The translations under genes and the position numbers were made by a program. From a virus, in the IMG/VR virus record IMGVR_UViG_3300045988_154248: 64,000 nucleotides of DNA; one strand, written 5' to 3'. Positions within the stretch are counted from its first letter, which is position 1, and the number at the start of each line of letters is the position of its first letter. Below, one piece after another: positions 46,461-56,505 of this stretch. The notes under the pieces are model-generated. The model made no database searches. It saw nothing but the letters and a program-made list of their open reading frames with translations, and was not told where the DNA came from.

Positions 46461-46893
46461 CTATTACCTTTCTTGTAAATTTATATTCTTCACCAAATTG
46501 ATCAGTTGATTTATAATTCCATCGTCCTAAATTAAACAACTGCTCTTTGTACCCATAACGTTTAAGCCATTTTTTATTAATTCTCTTCTTATGATGTTTT
46601 CTTGCTTGGATTTTCTTGACATACAAAATATTAACTTGATCTGGCGTCTTAGAAAGATCAGCGCTAAGAATTGCTGGATTGATCTTTGATATATTTGCTG
46701 AAAACGAAAGAGTTCTTTCATCTTTTGTAATGATTGGTTTATACCTTATATAATCATGACATTGTTCGACTGTATTTCGTGTTATATTGATCTCTTGTAT
46801 GTCATCAAAGAAACCTATTTTTTTCTTTGATTTTGGGTCTACTATGGTAATCCCACCACATACACGCTCATTCATGCAATAATTAATATTCAT
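46423..46893 (-). CDS. hypothetical protein
   Basis: Start set at ATG 46893 after GGAGAG. Confidence 0.5.
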   Translation of the reverse strand: MNINYCMNERVCGGITIVDPKSKKKIGFFDDIQEINITRNTVEQCHDYIRYKPIITKDERTLSFSANISKINPAILSADLSKTPDQVNILYVKKIQARKHHKKRINKKWLKRYGYKEQLFNLGRWNYKSTDQFGEEYKFTRKVIDDANSDSTSKRI

Positions 46894-47098
46894 TATTCTC
46901 TCCGTCATCTTCTGGTGGAGCAAGCTCCAAACCTAAGATTTGTCCTACTTCATATGCAGCATACGATGTGCCACAAGATTCTCCATCAAAGAAACAATCA
47001 TAATAATTTCCTTCTGAACGCTGTGGTGTAAATCCACATGCATATGGATCATAGTTTTTATTGACCCATTCTTTTAATTTTTCAATAATTTCTTCCAT
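46883..47098 (-). CDS. hypothetical protein
   Basis: 71-aa acidic ORF. Confidence 0.5.
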   Translation of the reverse strand: MEEIIEKLKEWVNKNYDPYACGFTPQRSEGNYYDCFFDGESCGTSYAAYEVGQILGLELAPPEDDGENNEY

Positions 47099-47166
47099 AG
47101 TCGATTCCTCAGTGTATTACCTTATTTTGATTATAATAGTAAAGATAAATGAAACCAAAAATTCAT

Positions 47167-47496
47167 CTAGTCATTACTTAATTTACTTCCTCTCATAATC
47201 CTATAGTATTTTGGCTCATTGTTTGAGTTCCATTGTGTTACATATGGATCTATACACAAATATGCAATCGTGTCAAATTCATCTTTTGTGATTTCTTTGA
47301 AATTATCTTTCTCAATAAATGATGCAAGCATCTTTGATTTTAATTCGAGTGTTGAAAATCCTAAGTACAATCCATATTTTGTTACAATAAAATGCTCTCC
47401 ATCAAACCTCTCGACTTTAAATACTTCTGCTTCCCCATCTTCTCTGTTGAGTTCTCTTTCAAAATATCTTCCTACGTAATTTTCAAAATTTTTCAT
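47167..47496 (-). CDS. hypothetical protein
   Basis: 109-aa ORF. Confidence 0.5.
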   Translation of the reverse strand: MKNFENYVGRYFERELNREDGEAEVFKVERFDGEHFIVTKYGLYLGFSTLELKSKMLASFIEKDNFKEITKDEFDTIAYLCIDPYVTQWNSNNEPKYYRIMRGSKLSND

Positions 47497-47509
47497 CGTT
47501 TTATCTCCT

Positions 47510-48508
47510 TTACTTGTTCTCCATCATTTTTCTGAATTCATAATATTTTTTTGTGTATTCATAAGAATCCTTAAAAATATTTGTTACAGCTTTATATAAT
47601 TTTGGTTCATACTTTTGGATTATTTCTAATTCATTCTCAAAATCTCTGCCATAAGGACAGCCACAGCAACCAGTGCGTTTTAAACCATATTCCAAGTAAC
47701 AATCACTATGAATAATTCCATATGCTTTCTCATAATCTTCTTTATCTGAATTTTTATACCAGAACAAAGGTCTATAATTGTCAATGTCGTTATTATCATC
47801 AAAGCATGATTTGTATGCTGTTGATCTAGCACCACCTTCAGCTTTCCTGATACCTATAATCTGTAAGTCAAATAATTTGCCATCTATTCCATACTTTACA
47901 ATGTTATGCGCAACATTTTTCTTTGCATATTTACAACACTTGTTTGAAATATTAAACGTTGGAGGATTTGCAATCATAAATTCTTTCAACCATTTGTTTC
48001 TTGTAATATTGAAACAACTGTCGTTACCTTTGCTGCAACACCACCATTCCAAGGCAGACTTACATTTTGGATATTTCTTATATAATGTGTCAAAATCTTC
48101 ATCTTCCCATTGAAAATTATGTTTTTGTAATCTTTGGATAAATTCACTGACTTGTTTTGATAAAAACGGTTGTCCATATTCCTTGCAGGACGTTGGAATA
48201 GGTTTTATAGCCCTATAAGAATGAAACGTAATATCATATTTTTCTTCAAGATATTTTAAATGTTCTTTTGTGGCTTGATATTCTAATCCAGTATCAAACC
48301 ATACATAATCTACTTTATTGTCTTTGTCACATCTCCAAACGATATCTAACATCACATCACTGTCTGAACCGCCTGAAATTGAACAAATGATTTTCTCATA
48401 CTTATCATTGTTGATAATTGCCCATGCACGAATCAAATTATCACAAATCGTTTGATTTACAGGACAACCATTTAATAGTTCCTCAATTGTATTAGCTTTC
48501 TGTACCAA
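47510..48508 (-). CDS. PAPS-reductase-family (PP-loop ATPase) protein
   Basis: PP-loop SISGGSDSDVM, C-terminal Cys cluster (CCGCPYG), TTG start after GAGGAAAG. Confidence 0.65.
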   Translation of the reverse strand: MVQKANTIEELLNGCPVNQTICDNLIRAWAIINNDKYEKIICSISGGSDSDVMLDIVWRCDKDNKVDYVWFDTGLEYQATKEHLKYLEEKYDITFHSYRAIKPIPTSCKEYGQPFLSKQVSEFIQRLQKHNFQWEDEDFDTLYKKYPKCKSALEWWCCSKGNDSCFNITRNKWLKEFMIANPPTFNISNKCCKYAKKNVAHNIVKYGIDGKLFDLQIIGIRKAEGGARSTAYKSCFDDNNDIDNYRPLFWYKNSDKEDYEKAYGIIHSDCYLEYGLKRTGCCGCPYGRDFENELEIIQKYEPKLYKAVTNIFKDSYEYTKKYYEFRKMMENK

Positions 48509-48714
48509 TATGTACTTTCCTCACTGAAAAATATTTCATTTCAATGAGGTAAAGCCATACTCTTTAAAAATGAGTCTTGTTCATTTTTTCGTGGGTGTCT
48601 TTTTACGCCACTACCACATCACTTTTTCGATTTATATTAACCAATGATCCGTCTTTTATAAATCATCGTGACAACCTTCGCTGCACAAAGGTATTAAATA
48701 CATATGGTGAAAAG

Positions 48715-49071
48715 CTAACCAATTGGTAGTACAGCTTCGCAAAATCTTTCTATGTTGTTTATTTCACAATTTACCATCTTGTGATTTGGATTATCATTAT
48801 TATAATCTCTCATAAACATATCGAGCCAGAAATCAAAATACTCATCATCTGCACTTGAATCCATTACTGCATATCTATCAACTGTTTTATAATTACCTTT
48901 TTCTGTAAGATAAGATAAATTGACTTTATATACCGGCAATGTAATTTTTGTTTTCAAGAAATTCTTTGGATGTATATTTCTTAGTTTTTCTTTTAAATCT
49001 GAATCATAAATTTCAAATACGTCAATTCCTGTCCTTAGAGAACAGTTTTTAAAAAACTCACTCGGATGCAC
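48715..49071 (-). CDS. hypothetical protein
   Basis: 118-aa ORF, GTG start after AAAGGTGGTG. Confidence 0.5.
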   Translation of the reverse strand: MHPSEFFKNCSLRTGIDVFEIYDSDLKEKLRNIHPKNFLKTKITLPVYKVNLSYLTEKGNYKTVDRYAVMDSSADDEYFDFWLDMFMRDYNNDNPNHKMVNCEINNIERFCEAVLPIG

Positions 49072-49327
49072 TACTTTTCACCACCTTTCAAACTGAATGA
49101 AAAATTAATTTCATAATTAGAAGCACGTTCATTTCCGTACTTCATGAGAGCATCCTTATCCCTGACTACGTGAGGGTTGCGGTTTGTTCCAGAGTATTAT
49201 ATTCTGAATTCACAGGTTCAACTCATACACCCATCGGTTGACTGAAATATTGCTAACAGTCTTCACCTTTACCTTTTCACCATCTCAGACTTTCAGTTCC
49301 TTTCACCGCATTTATCTTTTTATTATT

Positions 49328-49513
49328 TTATTTCCAATTAAAATACGGAGTATATCTTCCACAGAAAAGATTGCAGCATCTTTCCTTATATACAAACTTA
49401 TTATTCTCTAACACACATTCTCTAACCATAGATTTTCCGCACATCGGACATTTCTTTGTGATTTTACTATTTTTATTGCCAATCTTTACTTCATATCCAA
49501 GTAATTCATGCAT
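49328..49513 (-). CDS. small zinc-ribbon protein
   Basis: CPMC...CCNLFC. Confidence 0.45.
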   Translation of the reverse strand: MHELLGYEVKIGNKNSKITKKCPMCGKSMVRECVLENNKFVYKERCCNLFCGRYTPYFNWK

Positions 49514-49535
49514 AAATTAATTACCCCCATGACAT

Positions 49536-50276
49536 TTATTCTCTTATCTCAAATAATTTTTCCACTGCTTTTACACGCTTGTTATTATCAATTGTTCTTT
49601 TTACTTCTTGTTCCCAAATACAATCCCATCCTGAAGGTGCTTTATGTTCACTAACCAGAACAATATTCTTTTCGCTCATTTTTTCCGCCCAATTCCAAAA
49701 TCTATCATAATCAAAGTTTTTGCTTGTACCATATTGTTTTACTCCGCAATATGGAATATCACAGTAGAATAAACAGTCAATTCTATCAGAATATAACTCT
49801 TCATAATCTCCGCATTGGAACAGAATATCTTTTAATCGTGGAATCTGTTCTAATAGGTTTCTTCTTGCTTCATCATAATAATTTCTTTCAGTTCCAGCTT
49901 TTGTACATACAACGCCTGAATATCCACCATCAAAGAATCGTCCGTTATAGCTCGCAAGAAATCCAACTGCTCCAATATACCAGCCAGGATATGTATTTAA
50001 GTCTTTGTTGAAGCATTCTCTTACTTTTGAGTAATGTTCTTTTGTAATAAAATCTGGAAGACTTTGAATCCGATTTAGATTCTTGAATATTTCTATAAGA
50101 TATTTATGATTATCGGATGCAATTTTTGTATCACATTGAATCTTATCAATGATATTGCATCCACCACAGAACGGCTCTATATATGTTTTTATATCATAAT
50201 CTTTTATTCTCTGCTGAATAATCGGAATTATATATTTCGATATTCGAGACTTTGATCCCATGTATTTCATTAACAA
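49536..50276 (-). CDS. dam: Dam-type N6-adenine DNA methyltransferase
   Basis: YMGSKSR N-terminus, FCGG SAM motif and catalytic DIPY. Confidence 0.8.
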   Translation of the reverse strand: MLMKYMGSKSRISKYIIPIIQQRIKDYDIKTYIEPFCGGCNIIDKIQCDTKIASDNHKYLIEIFKNLNRIQSLPDFITKEHYSKVRECFNKDLNTYPGWYIGAVGFLASYNGRFFDGGYSGVVCTKAGTERNYYDEARRNLLEQIPRLKDILFQCGDYEELYSDRIDCLFYCDIPYCGVKQYGTSKNFDYDRFWNWAEKMSEKNIVLVSEHKAPSGWDCIWEQEVKRTIDNNKRVKAVEKLFEIRE

Positions 50277-50339
50277 CTATTAAGAGCAAAGAATTCTTTA
50301 ATGTACGTACAAATCTCATACTCCTTTCGTTAAGTTTGT

Positions 50340-50696
50340 TTATTCAATTAACATGTTTTCCAATTTGTGAATTTCTTCTGTAAGTGAATTAATTCTTTTA
50401 TTAAGCAGTGCGTTAAATCCTTTTATAGCTTCTTTTTCTGTGTCTGCAAAATATCTTGCGTAAAGTGACACACCATTTTTCTTTAAGTCTTTGCCATTAA
50501 CTTTGTATTCATAAAAATATTTATCATTTTTAATTCTTCCTCTTACCGGCTTACACATAAGATTCAAAGCTCTCTCATCTTCTTTATAGGCGAAAGCCCA
50601 AATATCCTTGTTAATTGGTATATTATTAGCATCTTCAACCACACCTTCAAATGGGATGTGGATGTAATATTGATATATTCTTACTGCATAATACAT
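50340..50696 (-). CDS. hypothetical protein
   Basis: 118-aa ORF. Confidence 0.5.
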   Translation of the reverse strand: MYYAVRIYQYYIHIPFEGVVEDANNIPINKDIWAFAYKEDERALNLMCKPVRGRIKNDKYFYEYKVNGKDLKKNGVSLYARYFADTEKEAIKGFNALLNKRINSLTEEIHKLENMLIE

Positions 50697-50717
50697 TTTG
50701 TAGTTCTCCTTTTAAGG

Positions 50718-51482
50718 TTATGTTGCACTCATCATTAATTGTTGATTTACATATTCTGCGATTCTTTTTTGACCAACTTTAAAAATGTCTTCATCTTTTT
50801 CAATACAAATATAATTCCTATTTGTATTCATAGCCGCAATCGCTGTTGTCATGCTTCCTGCACATGAATCCAAAATAAGATCACCAGGATTACTATATGT
50901 TTTGATTAATTCTTCAATCAGAGCAACTGGTTTTTGAGTGCTATGATATGCCGATTTTTGAGTATCTTTTGCAAAAGTCCATATAGATTTTGGGTATCTT
51001 TTAGTAGAATCATAATCAGTCCAACCACTCTCACCATAATTTGTAGTATCTTTGGCATTGACATGATGAGATGCTTTACTAACTTTTCTCTCGTGTCCAT
51101 CTGTCATTTGTGGATTATATGTTGGAGGTTTCTTATAGAAAATACAGATATCTTCATGAGAACGAAGAGGCATTTTCTTCGCATTTAGGAATCCGGTAGG
51201 TTGTGTTTTCTCCCAGATTAGATTATATTTCCAGAGTTTTCGGTTGCTATGCATCAAATCTGCTGTAAACATTCCGTTCGCAAATAGAATAATTGCACCA
51301 CGATCTTTGATAATTCTTTCGTACTGCTCCCATAATGGTTCAAATGGAATAACTGTATCCCATTTATTCCTAGCAGTCTGACCGAAAGGAAGATCCGTAA
51401 TGATGCAATCAATTGACCCATCATCAATTTTTTTCATACATTTAAGACAATCTTCGTTGTATAGTGTGTTTACTTTTAACAT
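50718..51482 (-). CDS. N6/N4 DNA methyltransferase (beta class, ParB-less)
   Basis: DCIITDLPF catalytic motif comes first, followed by STQKPVALIEELIKTYSNPGDLILDSCAGSMTT, the SAM-binding motif. Confidence 0.8.
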   Translation of the reverse strand: MLKVNTLYNEDCLKCMKKIDDGSIDCIITDLPFGQTARNKWDTVIPFEPLWEQYERIIKDRGAIILFANGMFTADLMHSNRKLWKYNLIWEKTQPTGFLNAKKMPLRSHEDICIFYKKPPTYNPQMTDGHERKVSKASHHVNAKDTTNYGESGWTDYDSTKRYPKSIWTFAKDTQKSAYHSTQKPVALIEELIKTYSNPGDLILDSCAGSMTTAIAAMNTNRNYICIEKDEDIFKVGQKRIAEYVNQQLMMSAT

Positions 51483-51623
51483 TTATTATTTGGAGCAAAT
51501 CATGATTTATGCTGCAGCAAATCTCATACTCCTTGTTTTATTTAATATAATGAAAACTAGATGTTTGTAACCATCTAATACCTTATTCTCTTGTCCAATT
51601 GGAAATTTTTGAGCTGAAACGCT

Positions 51624-51851
51624 CTAAGAATTTATTTTGTTTTTATCTTTTACAGGCAAAAGCCATTTTAATCCTGAAAAAGGAATGTGATACAATTTAC
51701 CTTTTTCTTCGTTGTATAAATCAATATTATCAGAATTATAATTTAATAATATTCCAACAATATTTTCTTCACATCCTTTATAGACTTCGAAAGTAACTTT
51801 ATACGTCTTGTTTAAGGCGTTTGAGAAGCAATTATATTTTTGAAATTTCAT
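51624..51851 (-). CDS. hypothetical protein
   Basis: 75-aa ORF. Confidence 0.45.
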   Translation of the reverse strand: MKFQKYNCFSNALNKTYKVTFEVYKGCEENIVGILLNYNSDNIDLYNEEKGKLYHIPFSGLKWLLPVKDKNKINS

Positions 51852-51856
51852 TCGTG

Positions 51857-52072
51857 CTATATTTCCTCTTTATTTAAATCCAAGTTTTTTAATGCTATAA
51901 AATCAATCTCTTTATGTGGCCAAGCTTTAATTAGTTTTTCATTAACATGTTTGCAGCTATCACATTTCCATTTCCATACAAGATCTTTCTCTGGATGTCC
52001 AAAACTGACATAAATATCTTTATATTCTTTACCACAATGATCACACTTTAAATATGTAATAATCTGACTCAC
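51857..52072 (-). CDS. small zinc-ribbon protein
   Basis: CDHC...CDSC. Confidence 0.5.
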   Translation of the reverse strand: MSQIITYLKCDHCGKEYKDIYVSFGHPEKDLVWKWKCDSCKHVNEKLIKAWPHKEIDFIALKNLDLNKEEI

Positions 52073-52076
52073 ACGC

Positions 52077-52310
52077 TTATTCCCCTTTTGCTTTAGTCAT
52101 ATTATGAATCATTTCTAATGCACTTCTAGAATCTTCACCAATATCATTTTGATAAGCAGCATTCTCAATTAATGTTTCAACACATTGTTTTGTAACATAG
52201 ACAAGATTATAATTATTAATCCTACGCACTGTATCTACGTCTTTATCTCCGCATGGCATCGTATAACCAATCAGACGAGATAATACTTCGCAAATAACTT
52301 CTTTATCCAT
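52077..52310 (-). CDS. hypothetical protein
   Basis: 77-aa ORF. Confidence 0.5.
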   Translation of the reverse strand: MDKEVICEVLSRLIGYTMPCGDKDVDTVRRINNYNLVYVTKQCVETLIENAAYQNDIGEDSRSALEMIHNMTKAKGE

Positions 52311-52707
52311 TTATTTCTCCTACAAACATATTTTTATCTCCCAAATGAAGATCTTTACAATCAACAAAATTTTTAGAAGGATCGATCAATCCTGCCAGTG
52401 TATACTGCTCCCAAACCTTTTCCATAGTTTTATATACGATATCGAAGAATACCGGATTACAAATAATACGTTCTTTTCTCTGTATTCTTCTTTTCTTACC
52501 ACATCGCTTAAGAGGAAAACCAAGCCTTTTTAATGTATTATTGTTAAAAATATATAAGAGCTGATCATCCGAAAACTCTTCGCTGTCATATAATTTTCTC
52601 ATCATTTCATTTTGATAAAAGTATCGTTTGATATAATCATGTTTTGATAGATTATCACGCGGCAAGATTCTAAGCTTATTAAATTCTTTCATATAATTTT
52701 CGTCCAT
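52303..52707 (-). CDS. hypothetical protein
   Basis: 134-aa ORF. Confidence 0.5.
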   Translation of the reverse strand: MDENYMKEFNKLRILPRDNLSKHDYIKRYFYQNEMMRKLYDSEEFSDDQLLYIFNNNTLKRLGFPLKRCGKKRRIQRKERIICNPVFFDIVYKTMEKVWEQYTLAGLIDPSKNFVDCKDLHLGDKNMFVGEING

Positions 52708-52713
52708 ATTTCA

Positions 52714-52929
52714 TCACTCCAAATATTCTCTATTCAATCCCGCATCTACCATGATATTCTCTAACGTTTTGTCATCAAAATCATATGCATTTGGATATTG
52801 ATATTGCGCAATACGCCAAACAAGAGAATGGATGACTTCCATAAGCTCGGTTTTACAATCATCAAATCCTTCTACGTATCCAATGTCTTTCCCGTTCATG
52901 TAAGACATTGTTTCATTGCTATCTATCAT
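52714..52929 (-). CDS. hypothetical protein
   Basis: 71-aa ORF. Confidence 0.5.
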   Translation of the reverse strand: MIDSNETMSYMNGKDIGYVEGFDDCKTELMEVIHSLVWRIAQYQYPNAYDFDDKTLENIMVDAGLNREYLE

Positions 52930-53349
52930 TTATAACAATTCCTCCATCTGTTCATCAGAAATCTCTTTATATTCTACTTCATATCCTAGATATTTCAGGA
53001 GATCAATCCAATCATCATAATCAATTCTATGCCCTTCTCTAATGTAATCTTTATAACGAAGAACTGCATAACCATCTACTGTTATAAGTTTAATTTTGTT
53101 GAACGATGTGTATTTTGTTAAATAACTATATTTTAAAAAATATTCTTGTCCAAAAGAATCTTCAACAAAAATTATTGCTGGCGTAGAATTACAATCTACT
53201 TTAAAGTTATAAACCATTTCACCTAATGTTCTATCTTTGTTTCTTTTGTAAATTTTTATACTGTCTAAATCGATATCATGATTGATTGGAACTGTATACT
53301 TATCAATAAAACATGTTATATACGGTATTTTATAATGCATAATTCTCAC
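52930..53349 (-). CDS. hypothetical protein
   Basis: 139-aa ORF abutting its neighbours. Confidence 0.5.
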   Translation of the reverse strand: MRIMHYKIPYITCFIDKYTVPINHDIDLDSIKIYKRNKDRTLGEMVYNFKVDCNSTPAIIFVEDSFGQEYFLKYSYLTKYTSFNKIKLITVDGYAVLRYKDYIREGHRIDYDDWIDLLKYLGYEVEYKEISDEQMEELL

Positions 53350-53621
53350 CTCATTTCTACCTCGCCAAATTGCATTGTATTATCACAAAAAGTTTTCATT
53401 CCACAATATGTTCCGCACAAACCATTTGACTGAACGCCTGTTAATCCGTCACAAGAAAGTCCAATTATGTTTACTAATTCGTCAATTGTATCTTCATTCA
53501 TAAACAAATATGGTTTATATCCGTTCTCAAGTTTATAAATGTGAATCTTTTCATTTAGTTTCATAAAATCTAATTTTTTAGTTGTAATTGTAAATCTATC
53601 AGGTTTCATAGTTTTACTCAC
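53346..53621 (-). CDS. hypothetical protein
   Basis: 91-aa ORF. Confidence 0.5.
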   Translation of the reverse strand: MSKTMKPDRFTITTKKLDFMKLNEKIHIYKLENGYKPYLFMNEDTIDELVNIIGLSCDGLTGVQSNGLCGTYCGMKTFCDNTMQFGEVEMR

Positions 53622-53769
53622 CTCGTTTCTTTCTTTCGATTGCGCGTTGCTCCTTTAATAATTTACAGCTTCCACAATTGCTTCTGTTTTTGCAAAACCA
53701 ACAATTATCATTGTCTAATGTCCACCACCAAGGAGGTTGCGGTCGTTGTTTCCTTTTTACTTTACCCAT
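53614..53769 (-). CDS. small basic Cys-rich protein (51 aa)
   Basis: Manual translation: GGAG plus ATG 53769 gives MGKVKRKQRPQPPWWWTLDNDNCWFCKNRSNCGSCK... Below the track size cutoff. Confidence 0.45.
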   Translation of the reverse strand: MGKVKRKQRPQPPWWWTLDNDNCWFCKNRSNCGSCKLLKEQRAIERKKRGE

Positions 53770-53777
53770 TTATTCTC

Positions 53778-54059
53778 CTATAAAAAATAAACGAATGATA
53801 CCAAATAATGCAAAACTTGATCAGTTACATATGATATTTTTTGATATCTCGCCTTTAGCGGATCAATAATACAGTGTGTCAAAAAAACAACTCCAAGCTG
53901 CCAGGTTAATCCAAAGGCAAGGTAAAATGGTAAACAATACAACGCACAATGTACGAATAAATGATACCAATTACTTCCTTTAGTCTTTGCAATAAAGTCA
54001 CTTTGTAAAACATAATCACCAACCAAATGACAAAACACTAATAAAATTAATTTATTCAT
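53778..54059 (-). CDS. DUF3307-like membrane protein
   Basis: LVGDYVLQSDFIA plus three hydrophobic segments. Confidence 0.55.
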   Translation of the reverse strand: MNKLILLVFCHLVGDYVLQSDFIAKTKGSNWYHLFVHCALYCLPFYLAFGLTWQLGVVFLTHCIIDPLKARYQKISYVTDQVLHYLVSFVYFL

Positions 54060-54104
54060 ATATATTTATTTTCCTTAAATTCTCTAAATGAAAGAGTGAA
54101 TTCA

Positions 54105-54392
54105 TTATTCTTTCTCTAAATATTCTTTCGCTACTGTATTCCAGTCAATTGTATAATTTTGACAATCTCTCCATCCTTCACGACCTACACTACAATCTGT
54201 ATATCCACCTTTAATATGCTCTACATATTTGCATAGATTACAATAATCATTCTGTTTTAATACTTCTTTTAACATCCGGATAGAAATATTATATTCGCAA
54301 CTTTGACACAAATTATCATCAAGTGAGTATGAATGTCCTCGTATTATACAATTTATACATGGGCTATGTATATTCTCTAAATTAATTTTCAT
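54105..54392 (-). CDS. Cys-rich hypothetical protein
   Basis: 95-aa ORF with several CxxC pairs. Confidence 0.5.
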   Translation of the reverse strand: MKINLENIHSPCINCIIRGHSYSLDDNLCQSCEYNISIRMLKEVLKQNDYCNLCKYVEHIKGGYTDCSVGREGWRDCQNYTIDWNTVAKEYLEKE

Positions 54393-54570
54393 TCATCTAT
54401 TCTCCCATTAATTTATAAAATGTGCATCTACTTGTCAGCATTGAAGCTATTACCATCCCATGAATTATAGCTTGTTTGCATTCTTGATTATCTTTGAACA
54501 CTGTTGCATCAATCATCTATCATATTCTTCCGTCATCCCTATGTATAAGCAAGCCAATGAGTAAGGTAAA

Positions 54571-54771
54571 TTATCCATCACTTAATTTCCTTCCACATAC
54601 AGGACAATAATTAATTTTAATATTGCATGTATAATAATCATCGTCACATTTATGCCAGATACAATAGATATTATTTATGTTGTCATATGTAATACAATTG
54701 ATAAACCCTTCTCTGTTAATTGGATGAGTTGCATTCAATTCTAATTCAAGCCCATCTCAAAATTCACACAT
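54571..54771 (-). pseudogene. paralogue of 56900-57079 with an in-frame TGA at codon 5
   Basis: Manual translation: MCEF(TGA)DGLELELNATHPINREGF...INYCPVCGRKLSDG*. The intact paralogue reads MCRYCNY...INYCPWCGRKLTKE. The TGA (54757-54759) replaces the second Cys of the first CxxC. Confidence 0.45.
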
Positions 54772-54890
54772 TTATTTTTAATCCTTTCTGTTGATGGCTG
54801 TTCTACCCTTGAGATGCTGCTATTAGGCTCACATAGTAGATAACTATTTAAACTACACTGTTATACCATCACTCAATTGAAATCGACATT

Positions 54891-55475
54891 TCATGCTCGT
54901 ATTACTCTACAAATACGCTCATATTTGGCGTAAATTTTTCCGTTTTGTTCGTTAGAATACTTTTTTACCAACTCTTTCATTTTCTCGTTAATGTCTTCCT
55001 TATTTACGTCAATTTCATAAGCATATATACATGTTTCGTCATCATATACTTCTTTCATAACTCGAATAAGGTCTACGATTTCAGTCTCTATTTCTTTTTT
55101 CTCATGGTCTTTCTTCCACTGTTTAAGGATTTCAATAACTTGTTCAGGTTTATCTTTTCGGAAATCTTGACACGTTATCTTCCCTTTTACTTTACCAATA
55201 GGACATCCATTAAGGCATTTATGTTCGCAACAAATTTCGCCTAAAATCTTAGTTGCTTCCGCTGCTGTCAATTCGTCTAATAGTTCGAATTCTGATTCAA
55301 AACCAATTCTCCAAACATGTTCATCGCCACAATCTACGTTAAAACCGTCTTGGTAACAAGTAAGACCATCTGTAGAAGGTCTATTAGTAATAATACCAAT
55401 TTTTCCTTCTGCGCCATAACAACCAGTAGTTGCTCTGACAATTTTAATTTTATCTCCAACTTTATATTTCATCAT
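54891..55475 (-). CDS. hypothetical protein
   Basis: 194-aa ORF. Confidence 0.55.
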   Translation of the reverse strand: MMKYKVGDKIKIVRATTGCYGAEGKIGIITNRPSTDGLTCYQDGFNVDCGDEHVWRIGFESEFELLDELTAAEATKILGEICCEHKCLNGCPIGKVKGKITCQDFRKDKPEQVIEILKQWKKDHEKKEIETEIVDLIRVMKEVYDDETCIYAYEIDVNKEDINEKMKELVKKYSNEQNGKIYAKYERICRVIRA

Positions 55476-55492
55476 TCTTTTTCCTTCCTTTA

Positions 55493-55936
55493 TTATCTTT
55501 GCGTTTTTTCATTTTCATCTTCCAACAGTTCAGGATTGTCAAATATGTTGCCTACAGTATGGAAACCATCTAAATCCGCCCAATATCCCAAGTCTTTTCC
55601 GAGAAACTTAATATTGTTCCACTTAATTGCGAAGCATCCGTTTTCATACACAACTGTTCCCTTATACCATCCAACCTGAACAATATCTCCCTCAAAGATT
55701 TTCTTTCCGATCTTGTCGGTCAGCCCTGTGTACTGGCAAACTGTATTCGGGTCAACATTATAAAAACCAATGCCTTCAATGTCCCATTCGTCACAAGCCA
55801 TTCCATTATACTCGGCAATCACCAAATCACCGACAAAAACGTGCCTAGGTTTTTGATAACCATCGTCAAACAAATATCCATCTACCCATTCACCATTATC
55901 GACACGTTTCCCTCTAAAAAGTATTTCTCTATTCAT
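55493..55936 (-). CDS. YopX-family protein
   Basis: The N-terminus ILFRGKRVDNGEWVDGYLF and the C-terminal GNIFDNPELL are typical of YopX domains. Confidence 0.7.
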   Translation of the reverse strand: MNREILFRGKRVDNGEWVDGYLFDDGYQKPRHVFVGDLVIAEYNGMACDEWDIEGIGFYNVDPNTVCQYTGLTDKIGKKIFEGDIVQVGWYKGTVVYENGCFAIKWNNIKFLGKDLGYWADLDGFHTVGNIFDNPELLEDENEKTQR

Positions 55937-56043
55937 AATCTTCTACTGTCTCCATTTTTTTCAGATCCTCAATAAATCAAGATTCATTAATTATCTTTCA
56001 TGAATTTCTCTAGATTTAAACACATACACTTAATTAAGATACT

Positions 56044-56505
56044 TTATGCTTCCATATAATTAAATTTGACAATATCCATAGAATCATCCATCCCTTTTTG
56101 ACTAAGCAGATCGAGAAGATTAGTTCCAAAATGATCATCTTGAATGAAAATCTGTTTTACACCATATCTGGAACACATTTCTATAATAATATCTGCTGCA
56201 GCGTCTGTTTTAGAACACCATTTTGAATATACGATTTCAGCTTGCGGTGCAGACACTGCAATTTGAATATTATTTTTATTTATATTAACATAAAGTGTAT
56301 TATCCATATTTGTGCCAAGCTTTTTACGATTTTCAATGCGTTTCAATCTTTCGCGCTCTTTTGGCGAAATTTCATCATCAATAATTATATCTTCTAAATC
56401 TAATAAACATTGTTTAAACCATCTAGAATCATCTCCCGCTGCTGGATTATATGTTTGCAATTTCTGAATAATCTCTAATGCTTTATTTTCTAATTCTTTA
56501 TTCAT
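56044..56505 (-). CDS. hypothetical protein
   Basis: 153-aa ORF. Confidence 0.55.
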   Translation of the reverse strand: MNKELENKALEIIQKLQTYNPAAGDDSRWFKQCLLDLEDIIIDDEISPKERERLKRIENRKKLGTNMDNTLYVNINKNNIQIAVSAPQAEIVYSKWCSKTDAAADIIIEMCSRYGVKQIFIQDDHFGTNLLDLLSQKGMDDSMDIVKFNYMEA

